Positions 18,268 to 28,508 of a DNA stretch of 64,000 nucleotides are shown piece after piece. The notes beneath the pieces are model-generated. The model searched no databases, had not been told where the DNA came from, and was given only the letters and a program-made list of their open reading frames with translations. A program made the translations under genes and the position numbers. Numbering within the stretch: the first letter of the stretch is position 1; every line of letters begins with the position of its first letter. Source of the DNA: Sphaerochaetaceae bacterium (GTDB lineage Bacteria; Spirochaetota; Spirochaetia; Sphaerochaetales; Sphaerochaetaceae). The stretch lies in assembly GCA_963677225.1 (NCBI GenBank), contig OY781923.1:1693507-1757506 (forward strand). Direction: 5' to 3'.

Positions 18268-20301
18268 ATGAACGATTCACTCACTAGAAACATTGGGATT
18301 ATGGCTCATATCGATGCAGGTAAGACTACCACTACCGAACGTATCTTATATTATACAGGCGAAAACTATCGAATCGGCGAAGTCGATAACGGTGAGGCCT
18401 CGATGGATTTCATGGAACAGGAGCAGAACCGCGGAATCACGATAAGCAGTGCTGCCACGACCTGCTACTGGAAAGATCACAAGATCAATATCATTGACAC
18501 ACCCGGACATGTCGATTTCACAGCTGAAGTCGAACGTTCTCTGCGTGTCCTTGACGGCGCTGTCGCCGTAGTCTGCGGTGTAAGCGGTGTGGAGGCACAG
18601 ACGGAGACTGTCTGGCGGCAGGCAGACAAATATAAGGTCCCCCGGATCATATTCGTGAACAAGATGGACCGTCTCGGTGCCGATTTCTACAGTGTGATAA
18701 AGGAACTTGAAAAAAAATTCTCCGCCACCTGCGTGCCTCTTTTCCTACCCATAGGAAGCGAATCGGATTTTTCCGGTGTCATCGATGTGCTGAATAAGGA
18801 GAAAATAACTTTCGAGATCGATGATTTCGGCTCTTCGATGAACCGAGAGCCCCTCGGTTCTGAATTTGAGGAGCTTCATTCAAAATGGTACGAATACCTC
18901 ATTGATTCTGTCGCATCCTATTCGGATGAGATCACTGAGCTCTATTTCTCGGGCGAAGAAATCCCTCATGAGATGATCTGGGATGTCCTCAGGGAACAAA
19001 CGATCGCAAGAGAACTCTACCCGACCTTTGTCGGAGCTTCACTTAAGAATATCGGAGTACAGACACTCCTTGACGGGATCGTCCGATTTCTCCCTTCTCC
19101 TTTGGATATTCCTCCGATGAAAGGAGTCAGCATCAAGCACAACAAAGAGGTTGAGGTGACGGTGAAACATGATCCGAAAGGTCAGCCTCTCGCCCTTATC
19201 TTCAAGATTCAGTATGACAGGGAAGCGGGGCCTCTATGTTTCGTAAGGGTCTATTCCGGTGTCATCAAAAAAGGAAGTGCGATTCTTAACATCACCAAGA
19301 AAAAGAGAGAACGGGTGAACCGCATTGTCAGGATGCATGCGAACAAACCTGAACCCATCGATTCTCTGAGCGCCGGCGATATCGGTGTCATCATCGGATT
19401 CAAACATGCTCAGACCGGCGATACCATCGGAAGCGAAGGGGCCCAGATTCTCCTTGAGAACGTTGTTTTCCCCGAGCCGGTAATATCCGTAGCCATCGAA
19501 TCGAAGACTCTCAGTGATCAGGCAAAACTCAAGAATGCCTTGAAGACTTTGAGCATCGAAGATCCCACGTTCACATGGAAAGAGAACTCCGACACAGGTC
19601 AGCTGGTCATAAGCGGAATGGGAGAACTGCATATCGATGTTCTCGTCACCCGGTTGACGAGCGAGATGAAAGTCGATGCAAGAGTCGGGAAACCTCAGGT
19701 AACATATAGAGAATCGATAGCAGAGGAAGTCACAGTTGAAGAGACCTACAGCAAGATACTCGGCGGAAAAGAACAGGAGGCGACAGTAGCTTTGACCATC
19801 CGTCCGCTACCGACAGGTTCCGGGGTGAAATTCATCTCTAACGTGCCTTCCAGAGACCTTCCTTCAGAATACCTTGACGCCATCAGGCGCGGGGTGAACA
19901 ATTCTGTTCAGTCGGGAATACGGTACGGCTATGAAGTCGTCGATATCGAAGTGGTGCTCGAGAAAGCTCAATTCTCCCTTCTTACGGTCAGTGAATTGGC
20001 CTTTGAGGCGGCCAGTGCCCTCTGTTTCGAATCTGCCGGGATGAAAGCGGACCCGATTCTTCTTGAACCCATCATGAAAGTAGACATCACCGTACCGACG
20101 CAGTTCGTCGGAGAAGTGATGGCCTCACTTACGAGCAGAGGCGGTCTGATAAATTCGATGGAGAGCCGCTCGAACGGAGACCATGTGATAGCGAAAGCTC
20201 CCCTTGCCCAGCTGTTCGGCTATTCCACGGCTCTGAGGTCATCGACCCAGGGAAGAGGTTCTTTCACGATGGAATTCTCCCATTTTGCCCGACAGAATTA
20301 A
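18268..20301 (+). CDS. fusA: Elongation factor G
   Basis: 677 aa with G motifs [17 protein letters not shown] and NKMD. Full five-domain length. Confidence 0.95.
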   Translation: MNDSLTRNIGIMAHIDAGKTTTTERILYYTGENYRIGEVDNGEASMDFMEQEQNRGITISSAATTCYWKDHKINIIDTPGHVDFTAEVERSLRVLDGAVAVVCGVSGVEAQTETVWRQADKYKVPRIIFVNKMDRLGADFYSVIKELEKKFSATCVPLFLPIGSESDFSGVIDVLNKEKITFEIDDFGSSMNREPLGSEFEELHSKWYEYLIDSVASYSDEITELYFSGEEIPHEMIWDVLREQTIARELYPTFVGASLKNIGVQTLLDGIVRFLPSPLDIPPMKGVSIKHNKEVEVTVKHDPKGQPLALIFKIQYDREAGPLCFVRVYSGVIKKGSAILNITKKKRERVNRIVRMHANKPEPIDSLSAGDIGVIIGFKHAQTGDTIGSEGAQILLENVVFPEPVISVAIESKTLSDQAKLKNALKTLSIEDPTFTWKENSDTGQLVISGMGELHIDVLVTRLTSEMKVDARVGKPQVTYRESIAEEVTVEETYSKILGGKEQEATVALTIRPLPTGSGVKFISNVPSRDLPSEYLDAIRRGVNNSVQSGIRYGYEVVDIEVVLEKAQFSLLTVSELAFEAASALCFESAGMKADPILLEPIMKVDITVPTQFVGEVMASLTSRGGLINSMESRSNGDHVIAKAPLAQLFGYSTALRSSTQGRGSFTMEFSHFARQN

Positions 20302-20318
20302 CAATTTCTAATAATTGT

Positions 20319-20347
20319 TTGACAGACGCCCTCTATGGATTTACGAT
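20319..20347 (+). promoter_or_regulatory. Candidate promoter of the second EF-G gene (TTGACA-17 nt-TACGAT)
   Basis: TTGACA at 20319-20324 and TACGAT at 20342-20347, about 40 nt upstream of the AAGGAGG RBS and ATG 20390. Confidence 0.45.
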
Positions 20348-20389
20348 ACTTCTTGAGTATCTTTGATACTTTTTAATCAAGGAGGACAT

Positions 20390-22471
20390 ATGAGCGTATC
20401 CAGTACTGACCTAAGGAACATTGCTATCGTTGGGCATAATGGTACCGGGAAAACCTCATTATTGGAACAAATCCTGTTTCAATGTGGAGTGATTTCCCGG
20501 GCTGAACAAATTTCTTCCGGGAAGACAGTTAGTGACTTCACGGAAGAGGAAATCGCACGGCAGATCTCTATTCACACTGCCATGGCACCTATCGAATTCG
20601 AGGGAAAACAAATAACTTTTCTTGATACACCGGGTACTGCCGATTTTATCGGAGAAGTTATTAGTGCATTCAGATCGTGTGAGAATGCTCTCGTTTTAGT
20701 CGACGCCCGGGACGGAGCGCAGATCGAGACCATCAAGTTATGGAAGCGATTGAATGATCGAAACAAACCTCGTGCAGTATTCATCAACAAATGCGACAGA
20801 GACCGTTCTGATTTCTTCGCGGCATTCACGAACCTGAAAGAACAGCTGCCGGCAACCTACGTACCTGTCACCATCCCGATGGGATCCGGTGATTCCTTTG
20901 CCGGTGTGATCAATCTCATCGAGATGAAGGCCTACACCTTCGACGAGAACGGGAAAGAGAGCCAAATCGATATTCCTTCTGAATACAAAGATGTGGTTGA
21001 TGAATATGAGCTGCTGCTCATCGAAGCTGCGGCGGAAGGAGCCGACGACCTGATAGAAAAATATTTCGATGAAGGAACACTTTCTCCCGAAGATATCCGC
21101 AGAGGATTGAGAGAAGGCCTTGTTGAAAACAGAATAGTTCCTGTTTTCGCAGGATCGGCCGAGAAAGGATCGGGTATCAACTCCCTTCTGATCTTCATCA
21201 AAAACAATTTCATTTCTCCGATAGGACGCCTCGACGAGATCATAGCTGATGAAGAGGTAAAGGAGATATCGATATCAGAAGAAGGTCCTGCGAGTGCCTA
21301 TGTATTCAAGACCACGATAGACCAGTTTTCCGGAAAGCTCTCTTTCGTGAAAGTCATCCAGGGCTCGATAGCCGGTGACACGGATCTGATGGATCCCAAC
21401 GTCGGAAAGAAAGAACGGCCCGGAAAAGTCTACCACCTCATTGGAAAAAAACTAGTGGAAGTGCCGGTGCTGGTCGCCGGTGATATCGGTGTCATCGCAA
21501 AGAGCAATATCACCTATACGAATAGTACTCTCACTAACGGTGATCAGGGATATACATATCTCCCCCTGAGATTCCCCCACCCCATCTATTCCCTCGCAAT
21601 CGCCGCGGGAGATAAGAAGTCGGAAGACAAGATGAACGATGCCCTTCACCGTGTCATAGAAGAAGATCTTACTTTCCAGACTCATTTCAATGAAGAGACG
21701 AAGGAATCGACGGTAAGCGGAATGGGTGAACTTCATATCAATATGATTCTCGACAGAATCAGGGAGAAACAGAAAGTCACCATCAACACGAAGCTTCCCA
21801 AGATCGCCTACAGGGAGACCATTACCCGAAAATCGGGCATCGTAGAGTATGCACACAAGAAACAATCGGGCGGCCACGGGCAGTACGGGAAGGTTCTTAT
21901 CGAAATCGAACCTCTGCCCCGGGGAGAGTATTATTCGTTCACAAATGCGATAAAAGGCGGTTCTGTCTCCAAAGGCTATATGCCTGGAATCGAAAAAGGT
22001 CTTCATGATGCGATGGAAGAGGGATTTTTAGCCCATTATCCGCTGGTCGATATCGGAGTCACTATCGTCGACGGTAAAGAACATCCGGTTGATTCATCCG
22101 AAATGGCTTTCCGCCTCGCTGCCAAGGGAGCGATGAAAGCGGCGATAGAGAAAGCAGGCCCGGTTCTCCTCGAACCCTTCATGATGCTTCAGGTATATAT
22201 CAACGACCAGTATCTCGGTGATATCCTGTCGGATCTGAGCGGAAAACGAGGAAGAGTTCTCGGACAGGAAGATATCGGAGGCGGTATCCAGCTTGTCAAA
22301 GCGGAAGTCCCCCAGTCCGAGATGCTCAACTACTCGATAGATCTGAAGAGCATGACAAGCGGGACAGGTTCTTTCGAAATGGAATTCAATCACTACGAGG
22401 CTGTTTCAGGCAGAATCGCAGACGATGTCATAAAGGCTGCGAAAGCGGCATTCGAAGAGGAAAACGGCTGA
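20390..22471 (+). CDS. Elongation factor G paralogue (EF-G2-like translational GTPase)
   Basis: ORF trimmed to ATG 20390, preceded by AAGGAGG. G motifs are GHNGTGKTS, DTPGTADF and NKCD. EF-G domain III-V conservation is visible (GMGELHINMILDRI, YRETI). Confidence 0.9.
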   Translation: MSVSSTDLRNIAIVGHNGTGKTSLLEQILFQCGVISRAEQISSGKTVSDFTEEEIARQISIHTAMAPIEFEGKQITFLDTPGTADFIGEVISAFRSCENALVLVDARDGAQIETIKLWKRLNDRNKPRAVFINKCDRDRSDFFAAFTNLKEQLPATYVPVTIPMGSGDSFAGVINLIEMKAYTFDENGKESQIDIPSEYKDVVDEYELLLIEAAAEGADDLIEKYFDEGTLSPEDIRRGLREGLVENRIVPVFAGSAEKGSGINSLLIFIKNNFISPIGRLDEIIADEEVKEISISEEGPASAYVFKTTIDQFSGKLSFVKVIQGSIAGDTDLMDPNVGKKERPGKVYHLIGKKLVEVPVLVAGDIGVIAKSNITYTNSTLTNGDQGYTYLPLRFPHPIYSLAIAAGDKKSEDKMNDALHRVIEEDLTFQTHFNEETKESTVSGMGELHINMILDRIREKQKVTINTKLPKIAYRETITRKSGIVEYAHKKQSGGHGQYGKVLIEIEPLPRGEYYSFTNAIKGGSVSKGYMPGIEKGLHDAMEEGFLAHYPLVDIGVTIVDGKEHPVDSSEMAFRLAAKGAMKAAIEKAGPVLLEPFMMLQVYINDQYLGDILSDLSGKRGRVLGQEDIGGGIQLVKAEVPQSEMLNYSIDLKSMTSGTGSFEMEFNHYEAVSGRIADDVIKAAKAAFEEENG

Positions 22472-22492
22472 TAAAAAAGGCTGTAAATCACT

Positions 22493-22526
22493 GGGTTGGA
22501 AGAGATCTTCCAGCCCTATTTTTTTT
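22493..22526 (+). terminator. Rho-independent terminator after EF-G2 (T-tract overlaps the last trmB codons on the other strand)
   Basis: 10-bp stem GGGTTGGAAG/CTTCCAGCCC with one G-U pair and loop AGAT, followed by TATTTTTTTT. Confidence 0.6.
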
Positions 22527-23223
22527 CCACCCATATTTCATTGATCGGATACTCTTTCTCGAGCCCCTTCTTCTCGAACACGGTCACCGGCCTCCAGCTC
22601 GCGGGTTCGGCAAAACCTCCGTATGGGTTGTTCAGCTGTTCGACCGCATCGAATACCTCCACCATCTGATAGGCATACTCTTCCCAGTCGGTTACACAGT
22701 AGATATATCCACCCTTTTTCAGTTTCCGGGCAAGAAGCTGTGCGAATGGGACCTGAATCAGCCGTCGTTTATGGTGTCTCTTCTTCGGCCAGGGGTCGGG
22801 GAAGAAGATATGGAAACCGTCAACCGATTCATCCCGAATCATATCGTTGAGAACCGAGACGGCATCGAATCTGATGAGTCTGAGATTTTCGATTCTGTCG
22901 GTACCCGCCTGATGCAGCAGTTTCGTGAATCCGTTGAGAAACACCTCGATACCGATGAAATTCCTGTCGCTCATTCTCAAAGACATCTCTCTTGTGCTCG
23001 TTCCATTACCGAAACCGATTTCGATGATGAGTTTCTGATCCTTTTCGAAATAGTCATTATAATCGATGAATCCGTTTTTGTACGGTATCACATATCGGTC
23101 ACTGAATTTCTCAACGGCATCAAGCTGATACTGTGAGAGTTTCCCTTTTCTCAGCACGAAGCTTCTGACAGCCCTCTTCCCGTTCTCATCTGCCTTATCG
23201 ACTCGTCCGTTCAAAATATCCAT
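22516..23223 (-). CDS. trmB: tRNA (guanine46-N7)-methyltransferase
   Basis: SAM motif EIGFGNG and FFPDPWPKKRHHKRR. Start trimmed to ATG 23223. The longer form starting at 23262 would overlap the mfd 3' end. Confidence 0.87.
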   Translation of the reverse strand: MDILNGRVDKADENGKRAVRSFVLRKGKLSQYQLDAVEKFSDRYVIPYKNGFIDYNDYFEKDQKLIIEIGFGNGTSTREMSLRMSDRNFIGIEVFLNGFTKLLHQAGTDRIENLRLIRFDAVSVLNDMIRDESVDGFHIFFPDPWPKKRHHKRRLIQVPFAQLLARKLKKGGYIYCVTDWEEYAYQMVEVFDAVEQLNNPYGGFAEPASWRPVTVFEKKGLEKEYPINEIWVEKK

Positions 23224-23236
23224 ATGTATCGTTTCC

Positions 23237-26200
23237 CTATAATAATCGCTGTAAGGTCTCAAGGATGAACACTGACTTATCCTTCAATGAGACTGCATCT
23301 GTTTTTAACACAAGAACATTCATTCGTCTACTGTCCAATGCGACTTTCTTCTGTCTGAGACGGATCAGTTCCATCACCTTATCGATAGAGATGTCCTTCA
23401 CCTTTTTGAAGGTGACGTTAACCACCCCGTTTCTCTCTTTAAGATGCTGGATTGACAGCTTTTTACAGATGATCTTCAGTTCCGCGATATACATCAGATT
23501 CGCAACGACTTCAGGCATCTCTCCGAATCTCGATTCCAGCTCGCCTGTAAGCGACTGCAGCTGATCATCACTGTTTATCGAGGATATCTTCTTGTATATT
23601 TCGAATTTGATCGAGGGTTCGCTGATATAGGTGTCGGGAATGAAACCTGAATAGTCGAGTTCAAGGAAGACTTCGTTATCGTCTATCACTTTGTTCTCTT
23701 TCGTTAGTGTAGCGATGGCCTCATCAAGGATCCTCATATACATATCAAGGCCCACGGATGCCAGCTGTCCGCTCTGTTCTTTTCCCAGGAGATTTCCGGT
23801 TCCTCTGATTTCCATATCCTTCATGGCTATCTTGAAACCGCTTCCCAGTTCAGTATGTTCACTGATCACCTTCAGCCGTTTGATCGCGATCTCGCTGAGC
23901 TGAGCCATATGGGGATAGAACAGGTAGGCGAAAGCCTCCTGATCGCTTCGTCCCACTCTTCCTCTCAGCTGATAGAGCTGGCTGATCCCGTAGCGGTCTG
24001 CACGGTCAATGATGATGGTATTCACATTCGGGATGTCTATCCCGTTTTCGATGAGTGTCGTCGAGACCAGTACATGTATACCCTGATGGATGAACCGGTG
24101 CATCACATCCTCGATATGATGTGAATCCATCTGCCCGTGAACCATCTCCACGATCAGTTCAGGTATCTGTGACTGGAGCATACTCATCACCTCATCAAGA
24201 GAATCGATCCGGTTGTGCAGGTAGAAGACCTGCCCTCCCCGGTTCATCTCGAATCGTATCGCGTCTACCACGGTTTTGATGTCAAATTCCTTTATCACTG
24301 TTTTGATCGCTCTTCTCTGAATCGGAGGAGTCGTAAGCAGCGACATGTCACGTATTTTAAGAAGGGACATATAGAGAGTCCTCGGAATCGGGGTGGCCGA
24401 TAGCGCAATCGAGTCGATATTGGCTTTCAGCTCTTTCATCTTCTCTTTGTCTTTCACACCGAAACGCTGTTCTTCGTCGATGATCAGCAGTCCGAGATCC
24501 CTGAACACCACATCCTTCTGCAGAAGCCGGTGGGTTCCAACCAGTATATCGACCTTCCCCTCTTTCACTCTCTTGAGAATATCTTTCTGTTCTTTCTTCC
24601 CGATGATCCTGCTTACCACTTCAGATTTGACCGGAAACGATCCCAGTCTTTTCACAAGTGTCTCATGGTGCTGTTCGGCCAAAATCGTCGTGGGAGCGAG
24701 AAAAGCCACCTGTTTTCCGGCCATAACTGCCTTGAATGCCGCTCTGAGGGCGATCTCGGTCTTCCCGTATCCGACATCACCGCATACGAGACGGTCCATC
24801 ACGATAGGAGATTCCATGTCCCTCTTGATATCTTCCACACAGACAAGCTGATCTTCGGTCTCTTCGAATGGGAAAGAAGCTTCGAACTCCATCTGCCAGT
24901 CGGTATCTTTGGGAAACGGATAGCCTTTTGAACTTTTCCTTTTAGCATACAGCTCTATGAGTCTCGAGGCCAGCTGCTCGGCACTTTTGCGGGCACGGGC
25001 CTTCTTGGTCTCCCACCCCTGTCCGCCTATCTTATCGAGTTTAGGCTTCTTCCCTTCACTGCCGATATAACGCTGGATCAGATTTGCCTGCTCGATGGGA
25101 ACGAAGAGAATCTCCTTGTCGGCATATTCGATCTTGATATAATCGCGCTCTCTTTTCGACATGGATACCCGGTCGATCTTCTCGAACCGTCCGATACCGT
25201 AATTGACATGTACCACATAATCGCCTTCATTCAGGTCGACGAATGAATCGAGAGGAGAAGAGTTCACTTTATGGAGTGTCTTATTGACGATCTTTCTTCT
25301 TCCGAAGATCTCGTGGTCGCACAGTACACTCAGTTTCTTCTCTGCGATGGTAAACCCGCCGCTGAGCTCTTCCTCGTGTATCGTAAGGGAGGGAAAGGTA
25401 CTGAGCATTGATGCAAGTCTCTTCTTCTGAAGTTCACTCCCGGCATAGACGGCCACCGAATATCCATTGTGAAACAGGTTTGTGAGATCTTCTTTCAGAA
25501 GGACGAAATTGCCGAAATAGGAATGTGGTCCGTCGACATCGAAGGTGTAGCACCCTTCAGTCTGACCTTTTACCTCTGCGACTGTCGTACAGCGTGAACA
25601 CCTGCTGTAGAATGAGGGAAAGTCGAAGAGGATCCGATCCGGTTTGGGAGCGTCCCGGTCTTTGAGGAACTTGTCTCTGTAGAGAGCTTTCGCCTCAAGC
25701 GTAAGAGAATGAAATGAGGAATCCAGCCGTTCTTTTCCTATAAAGAACAGATAATCAAGAGGGCTGATATAATCGTCGATACTTCCCCACACCTCCATAT
25801 CATTTTCATCGAGAAGGTTGAAGGTGAATTTGGAAAGGGTCTTGAGAGTCTCCTGTGTGGAGGGATCGAAAGTCGTGATCTTCTCGATCAGATTCCAGTC
25901 TCCGTGAATACGGTACGGAACATCGCTTCCGTGGGGAAAAAGATCGAAGATCTCTCCATGAGATGAGAACTCTCCGGGAACTGTCGTAATCGGGGAGCGG
26001 TAGTAGCCCGAACGGACAAGCAGTTCGCTCAAAGAGGTTGGATCGAACTGGTCATGCAGATGTACCGACACCTTCGATTTTTCGATATGATCTTTCATAG
26101 GGACGGGAGAGACGAAGGTCCTCAGAGGAATGATGATGACGTTGCTCGTTGTCGTGTGAAGGGACTGAAAGGCTCTCACCATCTCATATTCGTCGTCGCT

Positions 26201-26524
26201 TCCCTCGAAAGGACTGTAGAGTTTCTTACCGGTAGAAGGTATGAGCACAGACGAAACCGATGTCGCATCCATATCTCTTTTCAGCTGAAGTGCCGTCTCC
26301 TGTGTTGGAACGAGCACCCAGGTCCTTCTGTTGAGATAATTTGCGTAGGTTCCAATCGCCACTGCAAGCGGATACCCGTGAAGTCCGTCCACATAAGAAG
26401 GGAGATCACTATTTCTCTTGAATGCCTTGTACGCTTCGCTGCTTTTGATATAGGATTGGACCTGATGTTGGATGTGCTCTTTCATAACCGCACTTACCCT
26501 ATCATAGAGAGGAAAGGTGTTCAA
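23237..26524 (-). CDS. mfd: Transcription-repair coupling factor
   Basis: 1095-aa ORF with a UvrB-homology N-terminal region, a CarD-like segment, SF2 motifs GDVGYGKTE, DEEQRFGV, SATPIPRTL and GRVGRS, and a TRCF C-terminal domain. The ORF start at 26524 is TTG. The ATG at 26485 (MKEHIQHQV...) is an equally plausible start. Confidence 0.94.
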   Translation of the reverse strand: MNTFPLYDRVSAVMKEHIQHQVQSYIKSSEAYKAFKRNSDLPSYVDGLHGYPLAVAIGTYANYLNRRTWVLVPTQETALQLKRDMDATSVSSVLIPSTGKKLYSPFEGSDDEYEMVRAFQSLHTTTSNVIIIPLRTFVSPVPMKDHIEKSKVSVHLHDQFDPTSLSELLVRSGYYRSPITTVPGEFSSHGEIFDLFPHGSDVPYRIHGDWNLIEKITTFDPSTQETLKTLSKFTFNLLDENDMEVWGSIDDYISPLDYLFFIGKERLDSSFHSLTLEAKALYRDKFLKDRDAPKPDRILFDFPSFYSRCSRCTTVAEVKGQTEGCYTFDVDGPHSYFGNFVLLKEDLTNLFHNGYSVAVYAGSELQKKRLASMLSTFPSLTIHEEELSGGFTIAEKKLSVLCDHEIFGRRKIVNKTLHKVNSSPLDSFVDLNEGDYVVHVNYGIGRFEKIDRVSMSKRERDYIKIEYADKEILFVPIEQANLIQRYIGSEGKKPKLDKIGGQGWETKKARARKSAEQLASRLIELYAKRKSSKGYPFPKDTDWQMEFEASFPFEETEDQLVCVEDIKRDMESPIVMDRLVCGDVGYGKTEIALRAAFKAVMAGKQVAFLAPTTILAEQHHETLVKRLGSFPVKSEVVSRIIGKKEQKDILKRVKEGKVDILVGTHRLLQKDVVFRDLGLLIIDEEQRFGVKDKEKMKELKANIDSIALSATPIPRTLYMSLLKIRDMSLLTTPPIQRRAIKTVIKEFDIKTVVDAIRFEMNRGGQVFYLHNRIDSLDEVMSMLQSQIPELIVEMVHGQMDSHHIEDVMHRFIHQGIHVLVSTTLIENGIDIPNVNTIIIDRADRYGISQLYQLRGRVGRSDQEAFAYLFYPHMAQLSEIAIKRLKVISEHTELGSGFKIAMKDMEIRGTGNLLGKEQSGQLASVGLDMYMRILDEAIATLTKENKVIDDNEVFLELDYSGFIPDTYISEPSIKFEIYKKISSINSDDQLQSLTGELESRFGEMPEVVANLMYIAELKIICKKLSIQHLKERNGVVNVTFKKVKDISIDKVMELIRLRQKKVALDSRRMNVLVLKTDAVSLKDKSVFILETLQRLL

Positions 26525-27312
26525 TGGATAAATTTGACCGATTACAGCTGAAAATTTTGGAAATGGGAGAATATGCCTGCGAGAGCCAGAAGGATATTCA
26601 CCGTGACTACAAGAATGACGGAAGTGTGCTTACTCAGGTGGACACATTCATCAATAATGCCCTGAGCGAACAGATCGCAGAATTGTTTCCCCGGGCGAAT
26701 ATCATCACTGAAGAATCGCTGTCTGACTTTGATCCAAAAAAAGAGATGACTTTCATACTCGATCCTATAGACGGCACAGATGTCTACTCGCAGGGGCTTC
26801 CTGGATGGTGTATCTCCATCGGCATCCTAGACCGCCGAAGGACAGCTGTCGGAGCGATGGTACATGCTCCCCGATGGGGACTGAGCAGAGACGAAGGCCT
26901 TCTTCTCAGGCTCGATCCCGGCTGTGAAATGATGATGAACGGAAAACCTTACAGCTCTCCTCTCGCCAAAAACGGACTCGAACAGCTCGCGATGGCATCT
27001 CATGCTCCCCGTTATGTCGATATCACCAGATTTAAAGGAAAGATCAGATGCTACGGATCGAACATCCTCCACATGATCAGTCCTCTCATCCATAATCACA
27101 TACAGGGATCGATCTCGGTACCCTGCTTCGCATGGGACATCGCCGGAGCACATGCCCTTCTCTCTTCTCAGAATCTGCCGACTGTCTACAGTGACGGCAG
27201 AATATTCGAATACGATGATGCGATCCTAAGAGACAGAAAAAAATTCAACGGGATATTATACAGCGGAACCGCAGAGGCTGTGAGCGCCATGCGGCAGATC
27301 TTCAGGGTATGA
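26524..27312 (+). CDS. Inositol monophosphatase family protein (SuhB-like)
   Basis: Motifs EES, DPIDGT and WDIAGA. The ATG is preceded by GGAAAGGTG. Confidence 0.85.
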   Translation: MDKFDRLQLKILEMGEYACESQKDIHRDYKNDGSVLTQVDTFINNALSEQIAELFPRANIITEESLSDFDPKKEMTFILDPIDGTDVYSQGLPGWCISIGILDRRRTAVGAMVHAPRWGLSRDEGLLLRLDPGCEMMMNGKPYSSPLAKNGLEQLAMASHAPRYVDITRFKGKIRCYGSNILHMISPLIHNHIQGSISVPCFAWDIAGAHALLSSQNLPTVYSDGRIFEYDDAILRDRKKFNGILYSGTAEAVSAMRQIFRV

Positions 27313-27988
27313 TATTCCTGCTGTGCCATTTTTTCGCCAGATAGATGAACGGTGTATCGGCCATTGCCACCACGACCTTCAGCACGTATGTTGTAAGAAG
27401 GATCTCCCACAAAACACTCATCCCGAAGACCCCGTAGAAAGCGACGAACGTGAAGATCACACTGTCGATGAGCTGGCTTATCATCGTGGAGCCGTTGTTT
27501 CTCAGCCATAGCAGCGAGTTGGAAGGAAAATGCTCTTTTATTCTTGCATAGGCGAAGATATCGTGGAATTGAGCCGCAGTATAGGCAAGAAGCGATGCGA
27601 TCGCTATTCTCGGCATGACGGCAAAGATCGTTACCATACTCTCATGTACGAAATCACTTTGAGCCGGTGCGAACTGCAGAGCGAGGTTCATCATGACCGT
27701 CATGACGATCATCGAGAAGAACCCGATGGTAACAGCTCTTTTCGCATCCTCTTTCGTATAACATTCACTGAGAATATCGGTTGCGAGAAAACTGGTCGCA
27801 TAGACGATATTACCCAGTGTCGCCTCGAGTGAAAAAAGCTGAACAGTCTTGGTGACCTGGATGTTGGCGATGATCACCGAAATCGGTATCCAGATAAACA
27901 GTCCGGCCTTCCCCCAGAGGCGGAATGCCGCCATGATGAGGACGAAATTCAAAAGCAGCATCACAAGCCACCACAGTTCATTAATCAT
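27302..27988 (-). CDS. yhhQ: Queuosine-precursor (7-deazaguanine) transporter, YhhQ/DUF165 family
   Basis: 228-aa polytopic membrane protein. GNIVYATSFLATDILSECYTKEDAKRAV and IDSVIF match the YhhQ family as I remember it. Confidence 0.82.
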   Translation of the reverse strand: MINELWWLVMLLLNFVLIMAAFRLWGKAGLFIWIPISVIIANIQVTKTVQLFSLEATLGNIVYATSFLATDILSECYTKEDAKRAVTIGFFSMIVMTVMMNLALQFAPAQSDFVHESMVTIFAVMPRIAIASLLAYTAAQFHDIFAYARIKEHFPSNSLLWLRNNGSTMISQLIDSVIFTFVAFYGVFGMSVLWEILLTTYVLKVVVAMADTPFIYLAKKWHSRNIIP

Positions 27989-28508
27989 GTATTACCCTCT
28001 CATATGCACTGTCGGAATCAGTGCCGCTGTCGATGACTATCAGTTCATTCTCATCTATAGAGAAATATTCGCAGACCTGTGTGAGAAATTCTTCACGTAC
28101 ATTGAAGATGATTCTTCCCCCGAAATTCTTCAGTGCATCTGTGAAAGATGGATAGAATCCCCCTTTTTGCAGTTCCAAAAGACCTATCTCGTCAAATATC
28201 AGGTAATCGGATCCATCGCAGGCTTTCATGATCTGAGCATTAGCCCAGTCAAATGCGCTCTGATCGATGAAAAAGCATTTAAACTTCTCCCATCGGTCGT
28301 GCTGTTGTCGATCGAGGATCGTCCTTACTTCACCTGTATGCTGATCACTGAGTTGATACATATTCTTTTTCTGATGAGGAAGTGAGGGGACCTGTATCAT
28401 ACCTCCGATCACAGCTCCGTCCAGATCGATGAGAGAACAGAGTGCGTACATGAGATGTGTCTTCCCTCCGTTCTTCTCTCCTTTGATGCAGATCAGTCTC
28501 CGTTTCAT
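27981..28508 (-). CDS. P-loop NTPase, THEP1/DUF2478-like
   Basis: Walker A GEKNGGKT, Walker B LIFDEIG and overall THEP1-like spacing. ATG 28508 shares one base with the upstream gene's TGA. Its own stop lies 8 nt inside yhhQ. Confidence 0.6.
   Translation of the reverse strand: MKRRLICIKGEKNGGKTHLMYALCSLIDLDGAVIGGMIQVPSLPHQKKNMYQLSDQHTGEVRTILDRQQHDRWEKFKCFFIDQSAFDWANAQIMKACDGSDYLIFDEIGLLELQKGGFYPSFTDALKNFGGRIIFNVREEFLTQVCEYFSIDENELIVIDSGTDSDSAYERVIHD

Noticed and set aside
20303-20325. Hairpin AACAATT-tctaat-AATTGTT right after the fusA stop, considered as a terminator
   Set aside because: The stem is only 7 bp and almost entirely A/T (a single G-C pair), with no downstream T-tract. It is unlikely to terminate transcription. 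It overlaps the -35 of the EF-G2 promoter candidate.
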